Below are positions 42,467-56,062 of a DNA stretch of 64,000 nt, piece by piece. The position numbers and the translations under genes are program-made. Below the pieces are notes generated by a model. It saw only the letters and a list, made by a program, of their open reading frames with translations, did no database searches and had not been told where the DNA came from. Source of the DNA: Octopus vulgaris (taxonomy: Eukaryota); assembly GCA_951406725.2 (NCBI GenBank), contig OX597821.1, positions 13,330,001 to 13,394,000 on the forward strand, given 5' to 3'. The number at the start of each line of letters is the position of its first letter. Positions within the stretch are counted from its first letter, which is position 1.

Positions 42467-43443
42467 GTTGTGAGAGGATGGTTAAGTCATAGTTAGTTTA
42501 GATGTGATACAAAATAGAGAGTGAGGTGGAGGAAAGAAAATAGATGCAAGATATGTAGGGATATTGAGATATTGAAGTTGTAGATCCATTTTTCAGGCAG
42601 AATGGTATGTATGTAAGATTCCAATACCTTATGAGTAAAGTCCAAAATGGGTCCTTCCAAATATAGAGTTTATACACAATGTCTTATTCAGCATTACGTG
42701 ACACCTTTGGGTCTCAATGACGCCATCATCTCTTTTATATATATATATATATATATATATTGTTATATTTCGGAATGGTCATATTGCCAGTTTAGCCAAT
42801 AAAAACACACGCACTATATATTTGGTGTTATTTTGCTTCGTGATATTTATTTTTTACATTAATCTTAATCTTATTTCGGCCAAAGTTCTTTCGTCACACT
42901 CCTGTGACCGCATCAGTGGTCCTTTGTTTTCTTCTCACTTACTTGTGTCTCTCCTTACTAACCGTCAGCCATTTGTATTTCTATTGTATGTCTTCATTTG
43001 CGCATGCTTATATCTCTATGTGCGTCTATGTTTATTTAGTGTGGGGGGGGATGCCTGTAATATTTGTATCTTCTGGTTATATACATTCTTGTAATTTGTA
43101 TTTTGTTTTTGTTGTTGTTGCTTTTGTTCTAATTTTATTCATGTGTTTACATCCACCCATTATTATCATTACATATGCTTGTATGTATGTATAACAACAA
43201 TATTAGTAATAATAATAATAAATCTAATCGAGAAAAAAAAAAAAAAAAAAAAAAGAATATACATATACATATATATATATACATACATATACATATACAT
43301 ATATATATATATATATATACATATATACACACATATATACACATATACATATACATATATATACACATATACATATATATAGATATTCATTTCTATTTCT
43401 TTAATTACCTGTGTATTTATTATGTTTGCAGGATCCACTATTG

Positions 43444-43890
43444 TCATATGTTGTGGTGTGCGCTATTGCTCCATTCTAGTTTTCTATTCAGGCTAGGTTT
43501 ATTTTCTATTATATGTGTAGCTTCTGTAATTTGTCTAATTGTTGCATCTGTTCTATGTGTGGACAATATCTTAATCTCTATGTTATTGATTGATCCCCCG
43601 TGTTCTTGTTCGGCGTGTTGGTACAGAATCGATGAGCTTTTACCTTCCTTGAGTTGTCTCCAATGTTCATTCACCCGCTCACCAATGCTTCTTGCAGTTT
43701 CCCTACGTATGTTACTGTCTTGTTACTGCATCGTCCCTCTATACATCTTATACTATAGACCACATTTCTGGCTTTACAGTTCGTTTGTGGGCTAAATCTA
43801 CATACAGTGCAATAGTTATCCGTACAAGAGTTCTACTAAAAGGATAGGTTCTACCAATTATAGATCTGATAGGGTTGCCTGGCTTTTCAA
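43444..43890 (-). pseudogene. Penelope-type GIY-YIG endonuclease fragment (two frameshifts)
   Basis: VEKPGNPIRSII... / CTDNYCTVC...[27 protein letters not shown] / [16 protein letters not shown]...LYQHAEQEH...[22 protein letters not shown]. Confidence 0.9.
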
Positions 43891-44012
43891 CACACTAAAT
43901 AAACATAGACGCACATAGAGATATAAGCATGCGCAAATGAAGACATACAATAGAAATACAAAATGGCTGACGGTTAGTAAGGAGAGACACAAGTAAGTGA
44001 GAAGAAAACAAA

Positions 44013-44057
44013 GGACCACTGATGCGGTCACAGGAGTGTGACGAAAGAACTTTGGCC
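44013..44057 (+). ncRNA. Hammerhead-like motif with variant CUGAUGC core (mirror copy 42878-42922, minus)
   Basis: GGACCA-CUGAUGC-G-GUCAC(aggagu)GUGAC-GAAA-GAAC-UU/UGGCC. Confidence 0.6.
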
Positions 44058-44233
44058 GAAATAAGATTAAGATTAATGTAAAAAATAAATATCACTGAAG
44101 CAAAATAACACCAAATATATAGTGCGTGTGTTTTTATTGGCTAAACTGGCAATATGACCATTCCGAAATATAACAATATCTGTTTCAACACACGACTTCA
44201 CATAAAAAATCTTGCACAACAAATATTTAAACG

Positions 44234-44344
<111 letters not shown>

Positions 44345-44776
44345 TTGTGTGTGTGTGCGCGTGTGTGTATGTGTGTGCGTGTGTGCGTGTGTGCGTGTGT
44401 GTGAACAAACTAAAAGAAACGTGCCATGACGAGCAGATAATCCAAAGTTTCTGACGGAGCCTTTCTTCAGGAGCAAGTTGGACGAAAACACATTAATGCG
44501 AAACACCAGAGTTTTAAAAGCCCTAAGTTGCAAGCAGCTTTTTCGTTCCCCTTTTTTAACGAACAAGATGTAAAAGACTGTTGCTGTTCTCCCATTCTCA
44601 CATTTCAACTTTTCCCTGCAAAAGAATTTTATCCGAAACGTTGAATTTCCCACTCCTCAAGTTATATTCACTATACTACTCTAGTCGATTTTGCAATTAT
44701 ACTGTGCAGTATATCTTGCCAACCCAGACTGAAACAAGCCTCTTTTGAGCCTTTTTGATCATGTACATGTGTGTGT

Positions 44777-44839
<63 letters not shown>

Positions 44840-44886
44840 CATATGTATATATATACATGCACATATATATATATATATATATTTAC

Positions 44887-44918
<32 letters not shown>

Positions 44919-45063
44919 ATATATACATACATATACATATACATGCACATATATACATATATAGATGATACACACACATACATATATATTAATCATTGAA
45001 AATCCAGCTTAAACTGATTTTTACGTTATACTATTAGCAATTTCGCAATTTAACAATATTGGA

Positions 45064-45105
45064 AGAAGCTAGTACTTTCATGCGTTACGCAGTCATCAGG
45101 TTTAT
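45064..45105 (-). ncRNA. Minimal hammerhead, left arm
   Basis: AUAAAC-CUGAUGA-C-UGCG(uaa)CGCA-U-GAAA-GUAC-UA/GCUUCU. Confidence 0.65.
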
Positions 45106-45167
45106 GTAGTGACAGTCGTGTTCCACAACTGAAAGCTGTGTCAGTAATGGAACACGGCTGTCAATAC

Positions 45168-45209
45168 ATAAATCTGACGACTGCATAACGCATGAAAGTA
45201 CTAGATTAT
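45168..45209 (+). ncRNA. Minimal hammerhead, right arm
   Basis: AUAAAU-CUGACGA-C-UGC(auaac)GCA-U-GAAA-GUAC-UA/GAUUAU. Confidence 0.65.
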
Positions 45210-46742
45210 TACAATATTTTAACATTGTAAATGCTGCAAATAATAAAACATGAAAACCAGTTTAAGTTGGATTTTCATCGATTAATATATTTTTCTATAC
45301 TCAATCATACAAACTCTTATATATATGTTATGTTATGATATTTAAAAGAAACTGAAACTTTATGATGCTACTCCGAGTTTCACATTTTTTTATGCTTCTG
45401 ATAATTATACAGTATTAGCAAACGAAAGGAAGAATATTTCATATGAGTTTTAGGGCATACTTAATGATATTGGCAAGTTTTCAGAAATGAATTCTCTCAT
45501 CGAGCATCCAATGCGTGTAAATATATGTACATATGTGTGTGTGAGCGTGTGTGTACTCGAATATGCATATACTCATGTGTGTATGCGTGTATGTGTGTGC
45601 GCTAGTATGTGTGTGTGTGTGTGTGCGCGCGAGAGAGAGAGAGGGTTGGGTGAGTTAGTTTCTATTCTCATCTAGGTTTGGTTCGTTACGGCACGAATAT
45701 AATTTTTTTCTCTGCATAGATTTATATGGCAGCGAAAGTAAATGAGAATGTATGTGTGCATACATACCAGCATGTACACCTATAGGTGCATCTATCTATC
45801 TATGTATATGTGTGTCATATATGCTTACAAACACGCATAAGTGCATACGTAAATGTACCTGTATATAAATATATATGGATACATATACATATATATATAC
45901 ACGCCTATGTATACTACATATGCATATATACACATACATATATATATATATTGATATATATGTGGGCAAATACGAACAGTGGCACATATATGATGCGTGT
46001 TTGTGTGTTGATGCAAATAGCTGTGCTTAAATAGCCTGTCTCTATCGGCTATTTATTATAAACTGAATAAAACAATAAAACTGCTGGAGGTGAAATAAGG
46101 CGGTAAATGTGAATCTGTAAAATATATGATAAATGTCATTATTACTGCTTGTGTTAGAAAGTGTAGAAAGAGAGAGAGAGAAAGAGGAAGAAAGAGGAGA
46201 ACGACTGTGTGAAAGAAGAGGTGGGAGTAATGTATACAAATAGGTGAAGGAGTTGGAACGATTCGATTTTGTACTTTCAAGAGCGTGAAAAAAGAAGCAA
46301 AAAATGGCGCTACTGAAGAGATCGCGTGCGCACAAATGGTCCTGTGTGACGTATTGCTTGTGTATTTGTGTATGTGCCTATGCGTGTATGTGCCTATGCG
46401 TGTATGTGCCTATGCGTGTACGTGCCTATGCATGCACAAACACGCAAGCACGCAAAATACGTCTATACGTAATTAAATGTATAAACCTATATAATGTTTC
46501 TTATCTACATCTGTACACAGACACGCTTACACATACATATGTATTTATCTATATACGGATGTAATGTATGTGTATATATATATATATATATATGTCTGTG
46601 TGCGTCAGACGGAGGATAAAGAGAAGGGTGTGGTAAGACGAGGTTATTATTCAAACCGGTGATTTGCGAGAGATACATATGCAAGCGCGCACGCACACAT
46701 ACACACGCGCACACACACACGCACACACACACACACACTCAC

Positions 46743-46843
<101 letters not shown>

Positions 46844-47622
46844 TATATATATATGCATATATATATATATGCATATATATATATATATGCATATATATAT
46901 ATATATATATATATGCATATATATATAACTGTTGCGAAGTTAAGAGTGACTGTTGATAGCATAAGAATTGGAGAAAAACAATTTGGTGGCGTTCATGAAT
47001 AGTTTGTTGGGAAGACGTCTGAGAAACGAATACAGTTCACGTTGTTGATATTCAGTTCAACATGAACAATATCAGTGCAAACCAACAATCAAATGCGTTC
47101 TAACTATGACCAACCAGTCATATTTTCAAACACTAATGAAGAGGACATTATCCAAATGGCCAAATTGTTCTACATTTTTAAAACACTGAGTGTGATTTGA
47201 AGAAAACTCGGCTGTTATTACAAGCAAATCATGTGGCAACTTTGATGTGAGGGTTCTGGTGCCAGATTGTGGTACCTGGTAAATGTTACAGTAGTGAATC
47301 AATTAGTTAATTATGGTTGGCGAAGATGTGAGAAAGAGTGTATGATAGTAAGAATTAAATTATGGTGAATGAAGATTGAATGTTTATGCAGAGTTGCTTT
47401 TGCATATTTAGATGAGAATTGGGTGATGAGGAATCAAGAAATATATTTAATTCGACCACCCATTTTGGATCTTCGATCTCATTGTTTCTGTTTACATCAG
47501 GCGTCTCGGATACAAAACGCCATAACAAAATCACGGATGGCTATAATTTCTATTGAAAATCTGTAGATCTGTAGAGATAACCATAATAAGTGATGTAGTA
47601 GAATACAATATATATCTATCTA

Positions 47623-47671
<49 letters not shown>

Positions 47672-47673
<2 letters not shown>

Positions 47674-47840
47674 TGAATTCTCAAAAAAAAAACCCAACAG
47701 ACGAAGACAGGTGGTGTAGACAACAAACAGATATATTAGTATAACGCTCGGGAAGTGAGAAGTCTTTAACGTTTCGAGCCAACGCTCTTCCAGCGAAAGG
47801 AACACAGAAAGAAACAAGGAGAGAAAATAAAGAATGTGTA
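47672..47840 (-). mobile_element. PLE-type terminal repeat, sister of 37291-37470
   Basis: Shares gacgaagacaggtggtgta...ataacgctc...acgtttcgagcc; HHR core is decayed. Confidence 0.65.
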
Positions 47841-48580
47841 TTTATATTTATAACTTAACCTTATGTACATTCTAAAATCTCTGGCGAAGCCTAGAGAAAC
47901 ACCCAAGAACCTCAGTTTCATCTACTAATTACTTCAGTCAACTGGAGAGATAAAGGTAGAATGAGGTATTTTTGCCTCGGCTGAAACAGGTGTAAGATAT
48001 TATCCCAATTTCTATTGCTATGTTATATATTATAATAATTGCTGATATTTTTATATTTTATATATTATATATGTAAAGCACAATATATTATACATGTATG
48101 TATATTGTTATGATTGTCCTTTTAGTAAATAAATAAATTGACATAATATAATTCCTAAAGGTTGAGGAATACCACCTATTGATCCCCTCCATTATCTTAT
48201 TACTCCCTCTCTCACTCTATATGTATATATATATATATATATATACATATATACATATATATATATGTATATATATATACATATATATATATGTATGTAT
48301 GTATGTATGTATATATGCAGAAAACTGGAGTGGAGTGACGAACCCTCTACTGAGAATGATCTTACGTTTCGGAGCGCGCTGGTAGCGGAGAATTTTTCTC
48401 GAATTTTTTGCTACCCTAAAATTTATTAATTAATGATTTTTTGGCTAATTTTGAAATTAAATTGGCAGTTTATATTTACTGCTGAGTAAACCGCGCGAAT
48501 GCGGTGGATTTTGAAAATGTATAGCATATAGACTCGAGGCATGCTCGTTATCGCCTTGTGAATATATGGTAGTCCTTGGC

Positions 48581-48635
48581 TTTTCTGCTGATGAGTGCAA
48601 CAAAAGATTGCCGAAACTATGCATAGTCCAGAAAG
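48581..48635 (+). ncRNA. Canonical type I hammerhead ribozyme
   Basis: UUUUCUG-CUGAUGA-G(U)GCAA(caaaaga)UUGC-C-GAAA-CUAUGCAUAG-UC/CAGAAAG: all core nucleotides present, 7-bp stem I, GUC cleavage triplet (cut after 48628). Confidence 0.85.
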
Positions 48636-48784
48636 GAGAGGGTAAATGTTTTTATTTCTCTTTCCATTTCAGAATTACAACTATTAGTGGTTTGGAGTTT
48701 AGCTGCTCTTTCTAATGAGTCGGATGTTCTATTATAGCCATCCCTTATATGTTTTGAATGTATATATATATATATATAATATAT

Positions 48785-49090
48785 TTAAGTTCAGCTCAGA
48801 GCTGCGGCCATGCTGATGCACCGCCGTTTTGCGCTAAACTTTTATTACTAGGAGCCTCCTCTAATATGTGGCACTTGATGAAGAATGGAGCTTGATATAG
48901 CCACCCTAATTTACACCTCTTGCCGCGAGGTAGGCTCAACTGGGACTCTCAACAGGAAGAGGTCCAGCTTTGATTTAAAAAACCCTACATCTACTTTGTG
49001 CAAGTTTCTCAGACTGTTTGAGAGAATATTAAAAAAAGCTGTGGGCCCTTGAAACCCAGGCTGTTGCAGTAACTGGTCCTGAAGCGTGAT

Positions 49091-49094
<4 letters not shown>
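48785..49094 (-). mobile_element. 3' end of a CR1/L2-group LINE, likely partner of SINE A
   Basis: PSRFRTSYCNSLGFKGPQLF / NILSNSLRNLHKVDVGFFKSKLDLFLLRVPVEPT...SILHQ; the 3' UTR ends ggcggtgcatcagcatggccgcagctctgagctgaa. Confidence 0.8.
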
Positions 49095-49156
<62 letters not shown>

Positions 49157-49901
49157 GGTCAGATAACTATATCATTCTTCTAAATGCTTCGTCGGTAAGT
49201 TCTTCGTCATGAATTTTCTCCATAGATTAAATGATATTTTCTCTAATTGAATCACTGAAATTTTTTAGACACAGAATGAAATCATTGCATTTCATTAGTA
49301 ATAATTTTAAAGAAATTCGGTAACAAAAAATCTGAATGTTAAATTTGTTCAATTTATAATAAGGAAAAAAAAACATATGCAAGTTACTTTTGAAATTAGA
49401 ATCGCAACAATATTTTAAATTGAAAGAAATAAAATCATTCTAAAAATGACATATTTTTTGCAATGCTTCTTAAATAATCCTGGATTTGAGGACTTTGATA
49501 TTCATTGACGATGTAAATTTTCTACTGCATTATTTTTAGATTTCTCTTGTGGCGTGGAATTTCTGCTGCAGTGGTATATTTTTTTTAATTATTATTTCGT
49601 ATACAGAATATTCCATGTTCATCATTTCAAAAGATTTGAAAATGGTAGGAGGGAATATATTTTATTTTATTTATTTATTTTTTTTTTTTCACTTTGGATT
49701 TCTTTGTCGTTCTTAATGAAATGCAACATATTTGCTCTGCAAATAGAAATTTTAAACCATCTTTAGCGATGCATTTATTTTGCCATTAAAAAGTATGACG
49801 AAGAATTTACCGAACTCATTGGTTTACAGAGTAGTCATTTTGCGCTAAAATTAAACAGTCCATCAAATTATAGATGGTGCTTTTGCCCCCGATAAATTTA
49901 A

Positions 49902-49961
<60 letters not shown>

Positions 49962-50020
49962 TAAATATATAAAAGAGAGAGAGAGAGGGAGTGGGATAGA
50001 TAGATAGATAGATAGATAGT

Positions 50021-50121
<101 letters not shown>

Positions 50122-50265
50122 CGGAGTGATCTCAAGATTAATCAGCCGAAATTGCTACGATGATCCGGTTCTTGACTGAAGATTGAAGGCTTCGAATGTC
50201 CCGTCCGTGATTTTTGTATCGTCTTCTAAATGTTTTACGTCTTGTCCCAGTTTGTATTTTTCTAC

Positions 50266-50347
<82 letters not shown>

Positions 50348-50351
<4 letters not shown>

Positions 50352-50750
50352 TATTCTTTTCAGATATTTGATTGTGGCTATGCTGGAGCACCGCCTTTAG
50401 TCTGAAAAATAGATCCCAGGACTTATTCTTTGTAAACCTAGTACTTATTCTATTTTTTTGAGAAACCGCCAAGTTACGGGGATGTAAACACTCGAACAAC
50501 GGTTGTCAAGCGATGGTGGTGGGACAAACACATACAGAAATACATACAAACGCGTGAGCACATACACACACACGCACACACACACACACACACATACGAC
50601 GGGCTTATTTCAGATTCCATCGACCATATCCATTGACAAGGCTTTGGTCGGCCCGAGAATATAGTAGAACACACTTGCCCAAGGTGACACGCAGTAGAAC
50701 TGAACCTGGAATCATGTAGTCGAGAAGCAAGCTTCTTCCGACACAGCCAC
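50348..50750 (-). mobile_element. SINE family A
   Basis: Diverged reverse copy. Confidence 0.85.
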
Positions 50751-50793
50751 GTATGTATCTATGATTATTTATAGATACACTCACACACACACA

Positions 50794-50893
<100 letters not shown>

Positions 50894-50905
50894 CAGATAG
50901 AAAAT

Positions 50906-50937
<32 letters not shown>

Positions 50938-50938
50938 C

Positions 50939-50999
<61 letters not shown>

Positions 51000-52193
51000 T
51001 ATTAACAATGACAAGTATCAGCCAACTAAACCATCATCAGACAGTCCGTTGATGATGATGATGATGAACAACATCACCGTCATAAGCAACACATCATTAC
51101 CATCATCCTTATCTTGAAAACAATTACCACCACCACCACCATCACCACCACCACCATCACCATCACCATCATCATCATCATCCTTCGGCGATGTCACCAC
51201 CGTCGCTGTCACATCGTCACCACCACCATCATCGTCAAACTCTCGTTGCCGTCGCCATCGTTGCCGTAGTTAATTGCCAGTGAATAACCTCTACTAAATC
51301 TCTGATATATTTAATAAAAAAAAAAATTAATGATATCAGATGTATTATATTTTGTATAAAACATAAATTACTTAACGTTTCAATGAAAATATGTTATGAA
51401 TTTAAAAACATAAAAAGCTTTGCAGAAATAATGAGGAAGAACAAAAAAAAGTGTCATGACAGCGATAATTGGAGAGTGAAGCTATTATATTTACTGATTA
51501 TACAAAAGGAAAAAAAAATGGTCAAATATATTTATGATAAAAGTTTGATTTTTAAGAAAGTATGATGGCTTCCCATGGATTTCTTTTACAAATTCTTTCA
51601 TTAATTCTTGTTTCTCTCATTTAAAATCGTTAATGTTTGTGCTTGCGTTGTAATAGTGTTTGCGTATTTGTTTTCGTAATTGTATCGGGTTTGTTTTCCA
51701 AAAATCTCCGTGGGAAATTTTAGCGTTATGAGTAAGTGTATGCGTGAGTATGTGTATGCGTGCATGATGTATTTGAGTATGTGCGTGCATTCGCCTGTGT
51801 GTTTGTGTTTGCGAAACGAGAGCACGCCAAAGTTAATGGGTGTATGTATAAAGTTTAGTGCATATGTCTGTATAGACAGATGTGTGTATTTATGTGTGTG
51901 CATTCTCCGTTTTTTCCGTCCTTGTTTTCGTATACATTCTCTGCTTTCTTCCAAGGAATCTAATGCTGTTAGCTTAGGTTTTCCTTGGGGCTGGCCAGAT
52001 TGGAGCAATCTCAAGTATAATCAGCCGAAATTACGAAGATAATCTGGTACTCGACTGAGGAAAGAAAACTCCGAATGACCCGTCCTTGTTATCTTTGTAT
52101 CGTCTATCTGGATGTTTTGTTGTCCCATTTTTGTATGACCAAACTGTCCGGTTGTGTTGTGTTCTTGTCCTATTTCGTATTTATATACATATA

Positions 52194-52295
<102 letters not shown>

Positions 52296-52879
52296 GATAT
52301 AATCATATTTAATATACATACATACAATATAGCGTGATGATAGAAACTAAAAGTACTGACAGGTTGCAACTTCAGTGAGACTTGTATGTTATTTCTTGCA
52401 GGTCGACCGACCATCACTATAACCGTCATAAGCAACACATCACCTCCATCATGATCATCATCACTACGATTATCATCATCATCATCATCATCATCATGTG
52501 CGTGTGTATGTATATATATAAATAAGATAACAAGTAGTGAAGACTGATAGCTTCTAACAATCCAAATTAGAAATTTAAGAAGCTTTCGCATATTTCAGGA
52601 AAAAAAAACCATCATCCGGTGTGAATGACCTGCAGACGTTCACGTAGATCCGACCATGTTAATTGCCGGGGGTTATTCTATACATGTATAAGTCTGTGCG
52701 TGTGCCCCAGTGCCGGTTTAAGATCCATAGAGGCAGTGCCCTCATATATATATATATAATTCAGAAAATAATATACCATAAAATAATAAACAATAATAAT
52801 AAAACAATAATAAAACAAAAAAAAAAGAATTTTATTAGTCAAAATGGGAACAAAACAAAGAGTAAAATGGAAAATATCT

Positions 52880-53252
52880 TTACTATCTTTTACTCGTTTA
52901 CTTGTTTCAGTCATTTGACTGCGGCCATGCTGGAGCACCTCTTTTAGTCGAGCAAATAAATAGACTCCAGGACTTATTCTTTGGAAGCTTAGTATTTATT
53001 CTATCGGTCTCTTTTGCCGAAACGCGAAGTCACGGGGACGTAAAAGCACCAGCATCGGTTGTCAAGCGATGTTGGGGGCACAAACACAAACACACAGACA
53101 CACACAAACACACACACACACACACACACAAATATATATATATATATATACATACATACATACATATACATATACATATATACGACGAGCTTCTTTTCAA
53201 TTTCCGTCTACCAAATCCACTCACAAGGCTTTGGTCGGCCCGAGGCTATAGT
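52880..53252 (-). mobile_element. SINE family A, 5'-truncated
   Basis: Similarity to family A. Confidence 0.9.
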
Positions 53253-54300
53253 ATATATAGTATTATTTTAGCAAATTTAAAGTGATTCCTTTTTGTCCAG
53301 TAAACCATTTACCATTTTTGTGGTTCCTCAACTTCTCTTAATACCCTAAGCACGAGCATATTTTGCATAATGGTTATATGAGCAAAGTATAGCCAAATGG
53401 TGCAAAAGATCGCTAATTCAAAGATTCGTTAACACAACTGAATACGCTGAGAATCACTTTTACCATAGCTTCAGAGCAATTCATACATTATGAGTAAACT
53501 TCGTAGATAGAAACTCTGCGGAAAGCCGTCGGGTTGATTGTAAGTGGAATTCAAAGAATTGGTCTTACCTAACACTGGAACTAAATGAAGATCTTCCAAT
53601 AATAACAAGGCAGGAATAACTTCCGTTCGAGAATTAGTCTAAGGATATACAGGTCTAAGGAATACTCAGCCACTTGGATTCTAATTTAATGAGCTTGGCT
53701 GGTCAATTGGTCGAACAACTGATCGCAAATTCTGACCGTGGTCCGTTATAAAAAACACTCATACGTTTGTGTATATATATGTGTGAGAGTACACGCATGT
53801 GTGCACACGCACACACACACACACATACATGCGCGCGCGCGCACAGATTTATATGGTATTTCCTCCTCTGCTTCCTGCTGTCAAGTGAACCGTTGCCAGT
53901 TCCCCTTTTCCTTCCTATTTTACACTGGTCTGTAGCTGACCGATCGCAAATTCTCTGTCTCTCCGTTATCCATCCTTCAAGACATTTTCTAAGCGTTACC
54001 ACCTATTTTCGCTTCCTTAACCCCAAGGCCGTAATTTGTTCGACTGTTCGTCTTGTCCACCGTCCTCAATCACATTCTGTGGTTTTGCTTCTTTTCTTTA
54101 GTTTGCATTCGTCCCTAATTCTCCGCAAGAAAACTTGCACCGCCAAATGGGAAGCATTCAGTCTTATCGTTAAAGGTGCGAAACAGAATATTACAAATTG
54201 GTCGATTATTGATGAAGAATTAGGGACCTTCTGTTTATCTCCCGTTCGTTTTTACATTCAACATACGTTATATCATTTATGTGTTATATCATTTTTCCTT

Positions 54301-54342
<42 letters not shown>

Positions 54343-54407
54343 ACCGCGTGTGCATCGTTGGCGATTTTTTCTCCATCTTCCCTCCTTTGGACCTTTCCTT
54401 TTTCTAT

Positions 54408-54442
54408 GTTTCTGACGAAGAGCTTCGCTCGAAACGTTAAAT
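54408..54442 (+). ncRNA. Minimal hammerhead in a PLE-like terminal repeat (about 54340-54545) ending at (TA)n
   Basis: GUUU-CUGACGA-A-GAGC(uuc)GCUC-GAAA-CGU-U/AAAU. Confidence 0.7.
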
Positions 54443-54539
54443 CCTCCATCTTTCTGTCCTTTTCTGAGCGTCCAATAACACTATACTTGTTCCACGGCCT
54501 CGCGTTGTTGTGTTTTCTCTTTGTTCATGTTTGGATTAA

Positions 54540-54594
<55 letters not shown>

Positions 54595-54890
54595 CAAATT
54601 ATTACATTATATAAAAGGGCTTAGTAAAATAAATTACTTCGCCGCATACTGAACTCATTAGAAATAGCAGCTAAAAAACTTTTTTAAAACTATTTCTAAT
54701 ACTTAAAGAAAATCTCTCTCATATATAGCGTTTGCCTAATTCAACTCACAAAAGTTTGGGGGTAAGGACATTAAAAAATCAAATGCTAAGGTTATTTCGC
54801 CTTAAATGAATTCGCCTTAAATGGTCCCTTTGCATACTGAACACTTGGTGAAATTGATTAATAATTAATTAATTTTACCCTCAATTGTTG

Positions 54891-54990
<100 letters not shown>

Positions 54991-54999
54991 GTGTATATG

Positions 55000-55040
<41 letters not shown>

Positions 55041-55045
55041 ATATG

Positions 55046-55089
<44 letters not shown>

Positions 55090-55090
55090 A

Positions 55091-55374
55091 GGCGCAGGAG
55101 TGGTTGTGTTGTAAGTAGCTTGCTTACCAACCACATGGCTCCGGGTTCATTCCCACTGCGTGGCACCTTGGGCAAGTGTCTTCTACTATAGCCTCGGGCC
55201 GACCAAAGCCTTGTGTGTGGATTTGGTAGACGGAAACTGTATATATATATTTGTGTGTGTGTGTGTTTATGTGTCTGTGTTTGTCCCCCCAACATCGCTT
55301 GACAACGATGGTGGTGAGTTTACGTCCCCGTAACTTAGCGGTTCGGCAAAAAAGACCGATAGAATAAGTACTAG
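55091..55374 (+). mobile_element. SINE family A, 3'-truncated
   Basis: Similarity to family A. Confidence 0.9.
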
Positions 55375-55953
55375 GTAGAGGCGATTTCAGGGAGACTTGA
55401 ATTTTTCTTTGTCGTATTTATGTGTGAGTGTATGTGTGTATTTAAGTGTTTTAGTGGGCGAGTTTCTACGCGTATGTGTGAGTTTTCCTTAGCGTTTGAA
55501 TATGTACGTGTTTGTATATACGTGCAACGGTTGTGTTTGATATGAGTGTAAGTTCTCATGTTCATATGTGAGCATTTATGTGAACGTATGTGTGTATATG
55601 TGTGTTGGGTTTGAATATGTTTGTGTGTGTGTGTGTGTGCGTGTGTGTGTGTGTGTGTGTGTGGACTAGTTCTTCATGCTTTTGATATGTTTGTAATATT
55701 TTGTTGTTTGTTTGATTTTTGTTATTGGAATATGTTGTAACTATGAGGTGTGTTCAATGAGGTCAATTAATTACACGGCAATTAACATACTGCGATAACG
55801 ATCTGGTACCAACCGGATATGTACAAACGCGCCTAACACATTGCTTGCGCACATATATATAGATATGCATACACACTTGCATAAACGCATACATATACAT
55901 GCGTACATGCACTTACATATATCTATATATATCTATATATTCATATATATATG

Positions 55954-56005
<52 letters not shown>

Positions 56006-56031
56006 TCTGTCTATATAGATATATGTGTGTG

Positions 56032-56062
<31 letters not shown>

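Larger units (their letters stand above)
42757..44179 (-). mobile_element. 5'-truncated Penelope-like element with inverted terminal repeat copy
   Basis: 42757-43043 and 43891-44179 are near-perfect ~287-bp inverted repeats enclosing a GIY-YIG fragment. Each repeat carries an HHR-like motif. Confidence 0.85.
44983..45290. repeat. ~300-bp imperfect palindrome whose arms each contain a hammerhead
   Basis: Arms ctagtactttcatgcgttacgcagtcatcagg...gtgttcca / tggaacac...ctgacgactgcataacgcatgaaagtactag; inverted similarity extends to both ends. Confidence 0.85.

Noticed and set aside
46298-46312. YY1-like AAAATGGCG motif (also near 36420)
   Set aside because: Short motif expected by chance; no other promoter evidence.
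53767-54543. 258-aa ORF
   Set aside because: Spans CA/GT microsatellites and a PLE-like terminal repeat; no domain recognised.
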